Positions 37,849-51,615 of a DNA stretch of 64,000 nucleotides are shown one piece after another. A program made the translations under genes and the position numbers. Position 1 is the first letter of the stretch, and each line of letters opens with the position of its first letter. The notes below the pieces were generated by a model that searched no databases, was not told where the DNA came from, and was given only the letters and a program-made list of their open reading frames with translations. Source of the stretch: Isurus oxyrinchus (taxonomy: Eukaryota); assembly GCA_026770705.1 (NCBI GenBank), contig JANJGN010000002.1:106950001-107014000 (forward strand), read 5' to 3'.

Positions 37849-40030
37849 TTTACTTGTCCAATGTGCAAAAACAGATGCCATTCAAACTATTTTTTCTGCC
37901 TGACTACTTTTTCTGCATATCAGTAGTGTTCCAGCGTGTTGCAATGCACAGCATTATTACAGCAGCCTTTCCAAAAAAAACACCATGAATCGATGCACTT
38001 TCCCAATCCTGATGCTGTCACGACGCTAGGTCTTTTCACTCTTGATGCTTTCTACCTTCTGTGTTTCGCATTCCCCTCATAGCTGAGCCCTCGCTGACTG
38101 TTCTCAACTGTGTCTCCGCGTGCCTTGATAATTCTTCAAGCAAGCTGATCATATTGAAAACAACACCCATAGATTGCGTCAGCTACCGGATTGATCAATT
38201 GCCTCCACAGGCCCCTTCTCGTCTTCAAAGCACCAGTATAGTACGACTCCTTGCTTTAGTTTGTAACAACAAACAAATGTATTGTACTGAACAAGCAAGG
38301 AAATAACAGAAGTTTAAGACATACCTTTTCAAAGTTCATTCATAACTTTCCTAACTCCATGTTTAAGGGAAACCAGTAAATGTTCTGCAAAGATAAAAGC
38401 AAAATACTGCACATGCTGGGAAACTGAAGCAAAAACAAAAATAGCTGGAAAACTCAGCAGGTCTGACAGCATCCGTGGAGAGGAAGTCAGAGTTATCGTT
38501 TCCAGTCCGTATGAGTCTTCATCAGACCTCCATCAGAAGTGGTCTGCAAAGCTGCGCTAAACTGAGCGTAATCCAATGCCACATTTTACCCATCTGTTTG
38601 GCTTTACTTCAACATCAATGAGTACTCTCTTCTTGAATGACAGGCTTCGTGGCACCCAGGCGCATTATCTTTGAAAGTCATTGATTTCAAAGCGAAAGTC
38701 ATTGATTGAAAGGCTTTTGTTTGCAATGTACAAAGTATCCAATCAATTCATACTTAGCTTCTTATCAGACACGTCAAGATAAAGACAGACTTGCATTATT
38801 TATCACTTCTCAAGTCCTCTGGACGTCCCAAATGTCATCACTGCTAATCACGTGTTTGTGACGTCTAGTCACTTGTGATGTAGGAAATGCGGCAAGTAAT
38901 GTGCACACAACAAACAGCAATGTGAGAATCACCAGGTAAAATGTTGTCATAAAGTGGATTCAAGACAAAACGTTGCTCACGCTACTGGAGAAGAACATGC
39001 TGCTCATATCTGAACAGAATAACCAGCACGGTTTCTTTTCAACTGAATACCTTCAGTCCACTCTCCAGAAACCTGACTCGGGACAAGCAACTTGGAAGTT
39101 GAAACTTTGTTCGAGCTAAGTGAGGGTGTTATATCTGTCAGTGAAGCTGCTTCTTCAGAACTTTTTCATTATGACTGAATAAATTGGACCAATGCCAAGC
39201 CTCACTCAGAGATCCAGGTCACTTTTTGCCCCAAATGTTTCGGAGTTCCACAAGTGACTACGCATGCCTGCATGTTAGCATTTAAATGCAGTTTTTGTGC
39301 AAAAGCACAAGCTTGTGCTGTAGCATTCTTGCCTCTCACTTGCAGAACTGTAATTTCAAGCCAAATCGCAAGGTTTGAGTGCAACAATGCAGTTCACACA
39401 CAAGTGGTTTACTGAGGGTGTGCTGCGCTCTCAGAAGTGCTATGACATGCATTTTACGTGAATCCGAAGCCACATCTCCCTTCTCTTGGGATGGTAAGAG
39501 GTCCCCTGGCGCTATTCTAATGAATAACAGGGGGCTCCTACCTGCTGTTGTGGGCAATATTTAGCTCTCGGTCAGTATCATAAAAGACACGCACTATCTC
39601 CTCGATGCCGAATTGCTGTCTGGCGTTTGCAAGCTACCTGCACGTTGGTGACATTAGAGCAGTGAACACATTTGAAACGCATTTCTTTGCCTGGAAAGTG
39701 CTTTCAGATTCGTGGCAATGATCAAACGCGCTCTATAAATGTGTCGCTGTTTTAACATATTGAGCCTTGACGAGAGTGCACAAAAAATCAATTACCCCAA
39801 AGTGCAATGTTGAACATGAATTTGCATATCGTGCAAGATTTGCAGCTGGCATGAGCGATGCTTGTTGCAGTCAATATTCTGGCATTGTAAAGAAAGATTT
39901 CCATGATTTTAGTCGCTGGAAATTGGTGTCTTTTCATATTCTGAGTATTTAGGAGAACTGTTAGTTTGTCACCACGGCTTTAGAAGAGGGCTCTCACTTC
40001 TCACCAAGGATATTGTACCTGCTCTTTCAT

Positions 40031-40144
40031 AAGCTCCCAATTCTCTTCAATTCGTATAAATCTTTCGCCTTTTACTAAAGATTTCCGTGGAGAGAATTGA
40101 TTGAGAGTTTTGAAGCAATTTTTGAATGCCTGACCTCAGGCAGG
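40031..40144 (+). ncRNA. RNU5: U5 snRNA, copy 18
   Basis: Intact core; G77. Confidence 0.96.
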
Positions 40145-42325
40145 TTTACTTGTCCAATGTGCAAAAACAGATGCCATTCAAACTATTTTTTCTGCCTGAC
40201 TACTTTTTCTGTATATCAGTAGTGTTCCAGCGTGTTGCAATGCACAGCATTATTACAGCAGCCTTTCCAAAAAAAACACCATGAATCGATGCACTTTCCC
40301 AATCCTGATGCTGTCACGACGCTAGGTCTTTTCACTCTTGATGCTTTCTACCTTCTGTGTTTCGCATTCCCCTCATAGCTGAGCCCTCGCTGACTGTTCT
40401 CAACTGTGTCTCCGCGTGCCTTGATAATTCTTCAAGCAAGCTGCTCATATTGAAAACAACACCCATAGATTGCGTCAGCTACCGGATTGATCAATTGCCT
40501 CCACAGGCCCCTTCTCGTCTTCAAAGCACCAGTATAGTACGACTCCTTGCTTTAGTTTGTAACAACAAACAAATGTATTGTACTGAACAAGCAAGGAAAT
40601 AACAGAAGTTTAAGACATACCTTTTCAAAGTTCATTCATAACTTTCCTAACTCCATGTTTAAGGGAAACCAGTAAATGTTCTGCAAAGATAAAAGCAAAA
40701 TACTGCACATGCTGGGAAACTGAAGCAAAAACAAAAATAGCTGGAAAACTCAGCAGGTCTGACAGCATCCGTGGAGAGGAAGTCAGAGTTATCGTTTCCA
40801 GTCCGTATGAGTCTTCATCAGACCTCCATCAGAAGTGGTCTGCAAAGCTGCGCTAAACTGAGCGTAATCCAATGCCACATTTTACCCATCTGTTTGGCTT
40901 TACTTCAACATCAATGAGTACTCTCTTCTTGAATGACAGGCTTCGTGGCACCCAGGCGCATTATCTTTGAAAGTCATTGATTTCAAAGCGAAAGTCATTG
41001 ATTGAAAGGCTTTTGTTTGCAATGTACAAAGTATCCAATCAATTCATACTTAGCTTCGTATCAGACACGTCAAGATAAAGACAGACTTGCATTATTTATC
41101 ACTTCTCAAGTCCTCTGGACGTCCCAAATGTCATCACTGCTAATCACGTGTTTGTGACGTCTAGTCACTTGTGATGTAGGAAATGCGGCAAGTAATGTGC
41201 ACACAACAAACAGCAATGTGAGAATCACCAGGTAAAATGTTGTCATAAAGTGGATTCAAGACAAAACGTTGCTCACGCTACTGGGGAAGAACATGCTGCT
41301 CATATCTGAACAGAATAACCAGCACGGTTTCTTTTCAACTGTATACCTTCAGTCCACTCTCCAGAAACCTGACTCGGGACAAGCAACTTGGAAGTTGAAA
41401 CTTTGTTCGAGCTAAGTGAGGGTGTTATATCTGTCAGTGAAGCTGCTTCTTCAGAACTTTTTCATTATGACTGAATAAATTGGACCAGTGCCAAGCCTCA
41501 CTCAGAGATCCAGGTCACTTTTTGCCCCAAATGTTTCGGAGTTCCACAAGTGACTACGCATGCCTGCATTTTAGCATTTAAATGCAGTTTTTGTGCAAAA
41601 GCACAAGCTTGTGCTGTAGCACTCTTCCTCTCACTTGCAGAAATGTAATTTCAAGCCAAATCGCAAGATTTGAGTGCAACAATGCAGTTCACACACAAGT
41701 GGTTTACTGAGGGTGTGCTGCGCTCTCAGAAGTGCTATGACATGCATTTTACGTGAATCCGAAGCCACATCTCCCTTCTCTTGGGATGGTAAGAGGTCCC
41801 CTGGCGCTATTCCAATGAATAACAGGGGGGTCCTACCTGCTGTCGTGGGCAATATTTAGCTCTCGGTCAGTATCATAAAAGACACACACTATCTCCTCGT
41901 TGCCGAATTGCTGTCTGGCGTTTGCAAGTTACCTGCACATTGGTGACATTAGAGCAGTGAACACATTTGAAACGCATTTCTTTGCCTGGAAAGTGCTTTC
42001 AGATTCGTGGCAATGATCAAACGCGCTCTATAAATGTGTCGCTGTTTTAACATATTGAGCCTTGACGAGAGTGCACAAAAAATCAATTACCCCAAAGTGC
42101 AATGTTGAACATGAATTTGCATATCGTGCAAGATTTGCAGCTGGCATGAGCGATGCTTGTTGCAGTCAATATTCTGGCATTGTAAAGAAAGATTTCCATG
42201 ATTTTAGTCGCTGGAAATTGGTGTCTTTTCATATTCTGAGTCTTTAGGAGAACTGTTAGTTTGTCACCATGGCTTTAGGAGAGGGCTCTCACTTCTCACC
42301 AAGGATATTGTACCTGCTCTTTTAT

Positions 42326-42439
42326 AAGCTCCCAATTCTCTTCAATTCGTATAAATCTTTCGCCTTTTACTAAAGATTTCCGTGGAGAGAATTGATTGAG
42401 AATTTTGAAGCAATTTTTGAATGCCTGACCTCAGGCAGG
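42326..42439 (+). ncRNA. RNU5: U5 snRNA, copy 19
   Basis: Intact core; A77. Confidence 0.96.
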
Positions 42440-44621
42440 TTTAATTGTCCAATGTGCAAAAACAGATGCCATTCAAGCTATTTTTTCTGCCTGACTACTT
42501 TTTCTGCATATCAGTAGTGCTCCAGCGTGTTGCAATGCACAGCATTATTACAGCAGCCTTTCCAAAAAAAACACCATGAATCGATGCACTTTCCCAATCC
42601 TGATGCTGTCACGACGCTAGGTCTTTTCACTCTTGATGCTTTCTACCTTCTGTGTTTCGCATTCCCCTCATAGCTGAGCCCTCGCTGACTGTTCTCAACT
42701 GTGTCTCCGCGTGCCTTGATAATTCTTCAAGCAAGCTTCTCATATTGAAAACAACACCCATAGATTGCGTCAGCTACCGGATTGATCAATTGCCTCCACA
42801 GGCCCCTTCTCGTCTTCAAAGCACCAGTATAGTACGACTCCTTGCTTTAGTTTGTAACAACAAACAAATGTATTGTACTGAACAAGCAAGGAAATAACAG
42901 AAGTTTAAGACATACCTTTTCAAAGTTCATTCATAACTTTCCTAACTCCATCTTTAAGGGAAACCAGTAAATGTTCTGCAAAGATAAAAGCAAAATACTG
43001 CACATGCTGGGAAACTGAAGCAAAAACAAAAATAGCTGGAAAACGCAGCAGGTCTGACAGCATCTGTGGAGAGGAAGTCAGAGTTATCGTTTGCAGTCCG
43101 TATGAGTCTTCATCAGACCTCCATCAGAAGTGGTCTGCAAAGCTACGCTAAACTGAGCGTAATCCAATGCCACATTTTACCCATCTGTTTGGCTTTACTT
43201 CAACATCAATGAGTACTCTCTTCGTGAATGACAGGCTTCGTGGCACCCAGGCGCATTATCTTTGAAAGTCATTGATTTCAAAGCTAAAGTCATTGATTGA
43301 AAGGCTTTTGTTTGCAATGTACAAAGTATCCAATCAATTCATAGTTAGCTTCTTATCAGACACGTCAAGATAAAGACAGACTTGCATTATTTATCACTTC
43401 TCAAGTCCTCTGGACGTCCCAAATGTCATCACTGCTAATCACGTGTTTGTGACGTCTAGTCACTTGTGATGTAGGAAATGCGGCAAGTAATGTGCACACA
43501 ACAAACAGCAATGTGAGAATCACCAGGTAAAATGTTGTCATAAAGTGGATTCAAGACAAAACGTTGCTCACGCTAGTGGGGAAGAACATGCTGCTCATAT
43601 CTGAACAGAATAACCAGCACGGTTTCTTTTCAACTGTATACCTTCAGTCCACTCTCCTGAAACCTGACTCGGGACAAGCAACTTGGAAGTTGAAACTTTG
43701 TTCGAGCTAAGTGAGGGTGTTATATCTGTCAGTGAAGCTGCTTCTTCAGAACTTTTTCATTATGACTGAATAAATTGGACCAATGCCAAGCCTCACTCAG
43801 AGATCCAGGTCACTTTTTGCCCCAAATGTTTCGGAGTTCCACAAGTGACTACGCATGCCTGCATGTTAGCATTTAAATGCAGTTTTTGTGCTAAAGCACA
43901 AGCTTGTGCTGTAGCATTCTTGCCTCTCACTTGCAGAACTGAAATTTCAAGCCAAATCGCAAGGTTGGAGTGCAAAAATGCAGTTGACACACAAGTGATT
44001 TACTGAGGGTGTGCTGCGCTCTCAGAAGTGCTATGACGTGCATTTTACTTGAATCCGAAGCCATATCTCCCTTCTCTTGGGATGGTAAGAGGTCCCCTGG
44101 CGCTATTCCAATGAATAACAGGGGGCTCCTACCTGCTGTCGTGGGCAATATTTAGCTCTCGGTCAGTATCATAAAAGACACGCACTATCTCCTCGATGCC
44201 GAATTGCTGTCTGGCGTTTGCAAGCTACCTGCACGTTGGTGACATTAGAGCAGTGAACACATTTGAAACGCATTTCTTTGCCTGGAAAGTGCTTTCAGAT
44301 TCGTGGCAATGATCAAACGCGCTCTATAAATGTGTCGCTGTTTTAACATATTGAGCCTTGACGAGAGTGCACAAAAAATCAATTACCCCAAAGTGCAATG
44401 TTGAACATGAATTTGCATATCGTGCAAGATTTGCAGCTGGCATGAGCGATGCTTGTTGCAGTCAATATTCTGGCATTGTAAAGAAAGATTTCCATGATTT
44501 TAGTCGCTGGAAATTGGTGTCTTTTCATATTCTGAGTATTTAGGAGAACTGTTAGTTTGTCACCACGGCTTTAGGAGAGGGCTCTCACTTCTCACCAAGG
44601 ATATTGTACCTGCTCTTTCAT

Positions 44622-44735
44622 AAACTCCCAATTCTCTTCAATTCGTATAAATCTTTCGCCTTTTACTAAAGATTTCCGTGGAGAGAATTGATTGAGAATT
44701 TTGAAGCAATTTTTGAATGCCTGACCTCAGGCAGG
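44622..44735 (+). ncRNA. RNU5: U5 snRNA, copy 20
   Basis: Intact core; starts AAACTC; A77. Confidence 0.95.
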
Positions 44736-46917
44736 TTTACTTGTCCAATGTGCAAAAACAGATGCCATTCAAACTATTTTTTCTGCCTGACTACTTTTTC
44801 TGCATATCAGTAGTGTTCCAGCGTGTTGCAATGCACAGCATTATAACAGCAGCCTTTCCAAAAAAAACACCATGAATCGATGCACTTTCCCAATCCTGAT
44901 GCTGTCACGACGCTAGGTCTTTTCACTCTTGATGCTTTCTACCTTCTGTGTTTCGCATTCCCCTCATAGCTGAGCCCTCGCTGACTGTTCTCAACTGTGT
45001 CTCCGCGTGCCTTGATAATTCTTCAAGCAAGCTGCTCATATTGAAAACAACACCCATAGATTGCGTCAGCTACCGGATTGATCAATTGCCTCCACAGGCC
45101 CCTTCTCGTCTTCAAAGCACCAGTATAGTACGACTCCTTGCTTTAGTTTGTAACAACAAACAAATGTATTGTACTGAACAAGCAAGGAAATAACAGAAGT
45201 TTAAGACATACCTTTTCAAAGTTCATTCATAACTTTCCTAACTCCATGTTTAAGAGAAACCAGTAAATGTTCTGCAAAGATAAAAGCAAAATACTGCACA
45301 TGCTGGGAAACTGAAGCAAAAACAAAAATAGCTGGAAAACGCAGCAGGTCTGACAGCATCTGTGGAGAGGAAGTCAGAGTTATCGTTTCCAGTCCGTATG
45401 AGTCTTCATCAGACCTCCATCAGAAGTGGTCTGCAAAGCTGCGCTAAACTGAGCGTAATCCAATGCCACATTTTACCCATCTGTTTGGCTTTACTTCAAC
45501 ATCAATGAGTACTCTCTTCTTGAATGACAGGCTTCGTGGCACCCAGGCGCATTATCTTTGAAAGTCATTGATTTCAAAGCTAAAGTCATTGATTGAAAGG
45601 CTTTTGTTTGCAATGTACAAAGTATCCAATCAATTCATAGTTAGCTTCTTATCAGACACGTCAAGATAAAGACAGACTTGCATTATTTATCACTTCTCAA
45701 GTCCTCTGGACGTCCCAAATGTCATCACGGCTAATCACGTGTTTGTGACGTCTAGTCACTTGTGATGTAGGAAATGCGGCAAGTAATGTGCACACAACAA
45801 ACAGCAATGTGAGAATCACCAGGTAAAATGTTGTCATAAAGTGGATTCAAGACAAAACGTTGCTCACGCTACTGGAGAAGAACATGCTGCTCATATCTGA
45901 ACAGAATAACCAGCACGGTTTCTTTTCAACTGAATACCTTCAGTCCACTCTCCAGAAACCTGACTCGGGACAAGCAACTTGGAAGTTGAAACTTTGTTCG
46001 AGCTAAGTGAGGGTGTTATATCTGTCAGTGAAGCTGCTTCTTCAGAATTTTTTCATTATGACTGAATAAATTGGACCAATGCCAAGCCTCACTCAGAGAT
46101 CCAGGTCACTTTTTGCCCCAAATGTTTCGCAGTTCCACAAGTGACTACGCATGCCTGCATTTTAGCAGTTAAATGCAGTTTTTGTGCAAAAGCACAAGCT
46201 TGTGCTGTAGCATTCTTGCCTCTCACTTGCAGAACTGTAATTTCAAGCCAAATCGCAAGGTTGGAGTGCAAAAATGCAGTTGACACACAAGTGATTTACT
46301 GAGGGTGTGCTGCGCTCTCAGAAGTGCTATGACGTGCATTTTACGTGAATCCGAAGCCATATCTCCCTTCTCTTGGGATGGTAAGAGGTCCCCTGGCGCT
46401 ATTCCAATGAATAACAGGGGGCTCCTACCTGCTGTCGTGGGCAATATTTAGCTCTCGGTCAGTATCATAAAAGACACGCACTATCTCCTCGTTGCCGAAT
46501 TGCTGTCTGGCGTTTGCAAGTTACCTGCACGTTGGTGACATTAGAGCAGTGAACACATTTGAAACGCATTTCTTTGCCTGGAAAGTGCTTTCAGATTCGT
46601 GGCAATGATCAAACGCGCTCTATAAATGTGTCGCTGTTTTAACATATTGAGCCTTGACGAGAGTGCACAAAAAATCAATTACCCCAAAGTGCAATGTTGA
46701 ACATGAATTTGCATATCGTGCAAGATTTGCAGCTGGCATGAGCGATGCTTGTTGCAGTCAATATTCTGGCATTGTAAAGAAAGATTTCCATGATTTTAGT
46801 CGCTGGAAATTGGTGTCTTTTCATATTCTGAGTATTTAGGAGAACTGTTAGTTTGTCACCACGGCTTTAGGAGAGGGCTCTCACTTCTCACCAAGGATAT
46901 TGTACCTGCTCTTTCAT

Positions 46918-47031
46918 AAGCGCCCAATTCTCTTCAATTCGTATAAATCTTTCGCCTTTTACTAAAGATTTCCGTGGAGAGAATTGATTGAGAATTTTGA
47001 AGCAATTTTTGAATGCCTGACCTCAGGCAGG
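46918..47031 (+). ncRNA. RNU5: U5 snRNA, copy 21
   Basis: Intact core; starts AAGCGC (T5G); A77. Confidence 0.94.
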
Positions 47032-49205
47032 TTTACTTGTCCAATGTGCAAAAACAGATGCCATTCAAACTATTTTTTCTGCCTGACTACTTTTTCTGCA
47101 TATCAGTAGTGTTCCAGCGTGTTGCAATGCACAGCATTATTACAGCAGCCTTTCCAAAAAAAACACCATGAATCGATGCACTTTCCCAATCCTGATGCTG
47201 TCACGACGCTAGGTCTTTTCACTCTTGATGCTTTCTACCTTCTGTGTTTCGCATTCCCCTCATAGCTGAGCCCTCGCTGACTGTTCTCAACTGTGTCTCC
47301 GCGTGCCTTGATAATTCTTCAAGCAAGCTGCTCATATTGAAAACAACACCCATAGATTGCGTCAGCTACCGGATTGATCAATTGCCTCCACAGGCCCCTT
47401 CTCGTCTTCAAAGCACCAGTATAGTACGACTCCTTGCTTTAGTTTGTAACAACAAACAAATGTATTGTACTGAACAAGCAAGGAAATAACAGAAGTTTAA
47501 GACATACCTTTTCAAAGTTCATTCATAACTTTCCTAACTCCATGTTTAAGAGAAACCAGTAAATGTTCTGCAAAGATAAAAGCAAAATACTGCACATGCT
47601 GGGAAACTGAAGCAAAAACAAAAATAGCTGGAAAACGCAGCAGGTCTGACAGCATCTGTGGAGAGGAAGTCAGAGTTATCGTTTCCAGTCCGTATGAGTC
47701 TTCATCAGACCTCCATCAGAAGTGGTCTGCAAAGCTGGGCTAAACAGAGCGTAACGCAATGCCACATTTTACCCATCTGTTTGGCTTTACTTCAACATCT
47801 ATGAGTGTTCTCTTCTTGAATGACAGGCTTCGTGGCACCCAGGTGCATTATCTTTGAAGGCTCGAAAGCAAAAGTCATTGATTGAAAGGCTTTTGTTTGC
47901 AATGTACAAAGTATCCAATCAATTCATACTTAGCTTCTTATCAGACACGTCAAGATAAAGACAGACTTGCATTATTTATCACTTCTCAAGTCCTCTGGAC
48001 GTCCCAAATGTCATCACGGCTAATCACGTGTTTGTGACGTCTAGTCACTTGTGATGTAGGAAATGCGGCAAGTAATGTGCACACAACAAACAGCAATGTG
48101 AGAATCACCAGGTAAAATGTTGTCATAAAGTGGATTCAAGACAAAACGTTGCTCACGCTACTGGAGAAGAACATGCTGCTCATATCTGAACAGAATAACC
48201 AGCACGGTTTCTTTTCAACTGAATACCTTCAGTCCACTCTCCAGAACCCTGACTCGGGACAAGCAACTTGGAAGTTGAAACTTTGTTCGAGCTAAGTGAG
48301 GGTGTTATATCTGTCAGTGAAGCTGCTTCTTCAGAACTTTTTCATTATGACTGAATAAATTGGACCAGTGCCAAGCCTCACTCAGAGATCCAGGTCACTT
48401 TTTGCCCCAAATGTTTCGGAGTTCCACAAGTGACTACGCATGCCTGCATTTTAGCATTTAAATGCAGTTTTTGTGCAAAAGCACAAGCTTGTGCTGTAGC
48501 ACTCTTCCTCTCACTTGCAGAAATGTAATTTCAAGCCAAATCGCAAGATTTGAGTGCAACAATGCAGTTCACACACAAGTGGTTTACTGAGGGTGTGCTG
48601 CGCTCTCAGAAGTGCTATGACATGCATTTTACGTGAATCCGAAGCCACATCTCCCTTCTCTTGGGATGGTAAGAGGTCCCCTGGCGCTATTCCAATGAAT
48701 AACAGGGGGCTCCTACCTGCTGTCGTGGGCAATATTTAGCTCTCGGTCAGTATCATAAAAGACACACACTATCTCCTCGTTGCCGAATTGCTGTCTGGCG
48801 TTTGCAAGTTACCTGCACATTGGTGACATTAGAGCAGTGAACACATTTGAAACGCATTTCTTTGCCTGGAAAGTGCTTTCAGATTCGTGGCAATGATCAA
48901 ACGCGCTCTATAAATGTGTCGCTGTTTTAACATATTGAGCCTTGACGAGAGTGCACAAAAAATCAATTACCCCAAAGTGCAATGTTGAACATGAATTTGC
49001 ATATCGTGCAAGATTTGCAGCTGGCATGAGCGATGCTTGTTGCAGTCAATATTCTGGCATTGTAAAGAAAGATTTCCATGATTTTAGTCGCTGGAAATTG
49101 GTGTCTTTTCATATTCTGAGTCTTTAGGAGAACTGTTAGTTTGTCACCATGGCTTTAGGAGAGGGCTCTCACTTCTCACCAAGGATATTGTACCTGCTCT
49201 TTTAT

Positions 49206-49319
49206 AAGCTCCCAATTCTCTTCAATTCGTATAAATCTTTCGCATTTTACTAAAGATTTCCGTGGAGAGAATTGATTGAGAATTTTGAAGCAATTTTTGA
49301 ATGCCTGACCTCAGGCAGG
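49206..49319 (+). ncRNA. RNU5: U5 snRNA, copy 22 (loop 1 C39A variant)
   Basis: Loop 1 reads GCATTTTAC (A at 49244); the rest is intact. Confidence 0.9.
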
Positions 49320-51501
49320 TTTACTTGTCCAATGTGCAAAAACAGATGCCATTCAAGCTATTTTTTCTGCCTGACTACTTTTTCCGCATATCAGTAGTGC
49401 TCCAGCGTGTTGCAATGCACAGCATTATTACAGCAGCCTTTCCAAAAATAACACCATGAATCGATGCACTTTCCCAATCCTGATGCTGTCACGACGCTAG
49501 GTCTTTTCACTCTTGATGCTTTCTACCTTCTGTGTTTCGCATTCCCCTCATAGCTGAGCCCTCGCTGACTGTTCTCAACTGTGTCTCCGCGTGCCTTGAT
49601 AATTCTTCAAGCAAGCTTCTCATATTGAAAACAACACCCATAGATTGCGTCAGCTACCGGATTGATCAATTGCCTCCACAGGCCCCTTCTCGTCTTCAAA
49701 GCACCAGTATAGTACGACTCCTTGCTTTAGTTTGTAACAACAAACAAATGTATTGTACTGAACAAGCAAGGAAATAACAGAAGTTTAAGACATACCTTTT
49801 CAAAGTTCATTCATAACTTTCCTAACTCCATGTTTAAGGGAAACCAGTAAATGTTCTGCAAAGATAAAAGCAAAATACTGCACATGCTGGGAAACTGAAG
49901 CAAAAACAAAAATAGCTGGAAAACGCAGCAGGTCTGACAGCATCCGTGGAGAGGAAGTCAGAGTTATCGTTTCCAGTCCGTATGAGTCTTCATCAGACCT
50001 CCATCAGAAGTGGTCTGCAAAGCTGCGCTAAACTGAGCGTAATCCAATGCCACATTTTACCCATCTGTTTGGCTTTACTTCAACATCAATGAGTACTCTC
50101 TTCTTGAATGACAGGCTTCGTGGCACCCAGGCGCATTATCTTTGAAAGTCATTGATTTCAAAGCTAAAGTCATTGATTGAAAGGCTTTTGTTTGCAATGT
50201 ACAAAGTATCCAATCAATTCATAGTTAGCTTCTTATCAGACACGTCAAGATAAAGACAGACTTGCATTATTTATCACTTCTCAAGTCCTCTGGACGTCCC
50301 AAATGTCATCACTGCTAATCACGTGTTTGTGACGTCTAGTCACTTGTGATGTAGGAAATGCGGCAAGTAATGTGCACACAACAAACAGCAATGTGAGAAT
50401 CACCAGGTAAAATGTTGTCATAAAGTGGATTCAAGACAAAACGTTGCTCACGCTACTGGAGAAGAACATGCTGCTCATATCTGAACAGAATAACCAGCAC
50501 GGTTTCTTTTCAACTGAATACCTTCAGTCCACTCTCCACAAACCTGACTCGGGACAAGCAACTTGGAAGTTGAAACTTTGTTTGAGCTAAGTGAGGGTGT
50601 TATATCTGTCAGTGAAGCTGCTTCTTCAGAACTTTTTCATTATGACTGAATAAATTGGACCAATGCCAAGCCTCACTCAGAGATCCAGGTCACTTTTTGC
50701 CCCAAATGTTTCGCAGTTCCACAAGTGACTACGCATGCCTGCATTTTAGCAGTTAAATGCAGTTTTTGTGCAAAAGCACAAGCTTGTGCTGTAGCATTCT
50801 TGCCTCTCACTTGCAGAACTGTAATTTCAAGCCAAATTGCAAGGTTGGAGTGCAAAAATGCAGTTGACACACAAGTGATTTACTGAGGGTGTGCTGCGCT
50901 CTCAGAAGTGCTATGACGTGCATTTTACGTGAATCCGAAGCCATATCTCCCTTCTCTTGGGATGGTAAGAGGTCCCCTGGCGCTATTCCAATGAATAACA
51001 GGGGGCTCCTACCTGCTGTCGTGGGCAATATTTAGCTCTCGGTCAGTATCATAAAAGACACGCACTATCTCCTCGTTGCCGAATTGCTGTCTGGCGTTTG
51101 CAAGTTACATGCACGTTGGTGACATTAGAGCAGTGAACACATTTGAAACGCATTTCTTTGCCTGGAAAGTGCTTTCAGATTCGTGGCAATGATCAAACGC
51201 GCTCTATAAATGTGTCGCTGTTTTAACATATTGAGCCTTGACGAGAGTGCACAAAAAATCAATTACCCCAAAGTGCAATGTTGAACATGAATTTGCATAT
51301 CGTGCAAGATTTGCAGCTGGCATGAGCGATGCTTGTTGCAGTCAATATTCTGGCATTGTAAAGAAAGATTTCCATGATTTTAGTCGCTGGAAATTGGTGT
51401 CTTTTCATATTCTGAGTCTTTAGGAGAACTGTTAGTTTGTCACCACGGCTTTAGGAGAGGGCTCTCACTTCTCACCAAGGATATTGTACCTGCTCTTTTA
51501 T

Positions 51502-51615
51502 AAGCTCCCAATTCTCTTCAATTCGTATAAATCTTTCGCCTTTTACTAAAGATTTCCGTGGAGAGAATTGATTGAGAATTTTGAAGCAATTTTTGAATGC
51601 CTGACCTCAGGCAGG
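51502..51615 (+). ncRNA. RNU5: U5 snRNA, copy 23
   Basis: Intact core; A77. Confidence 0.96.
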
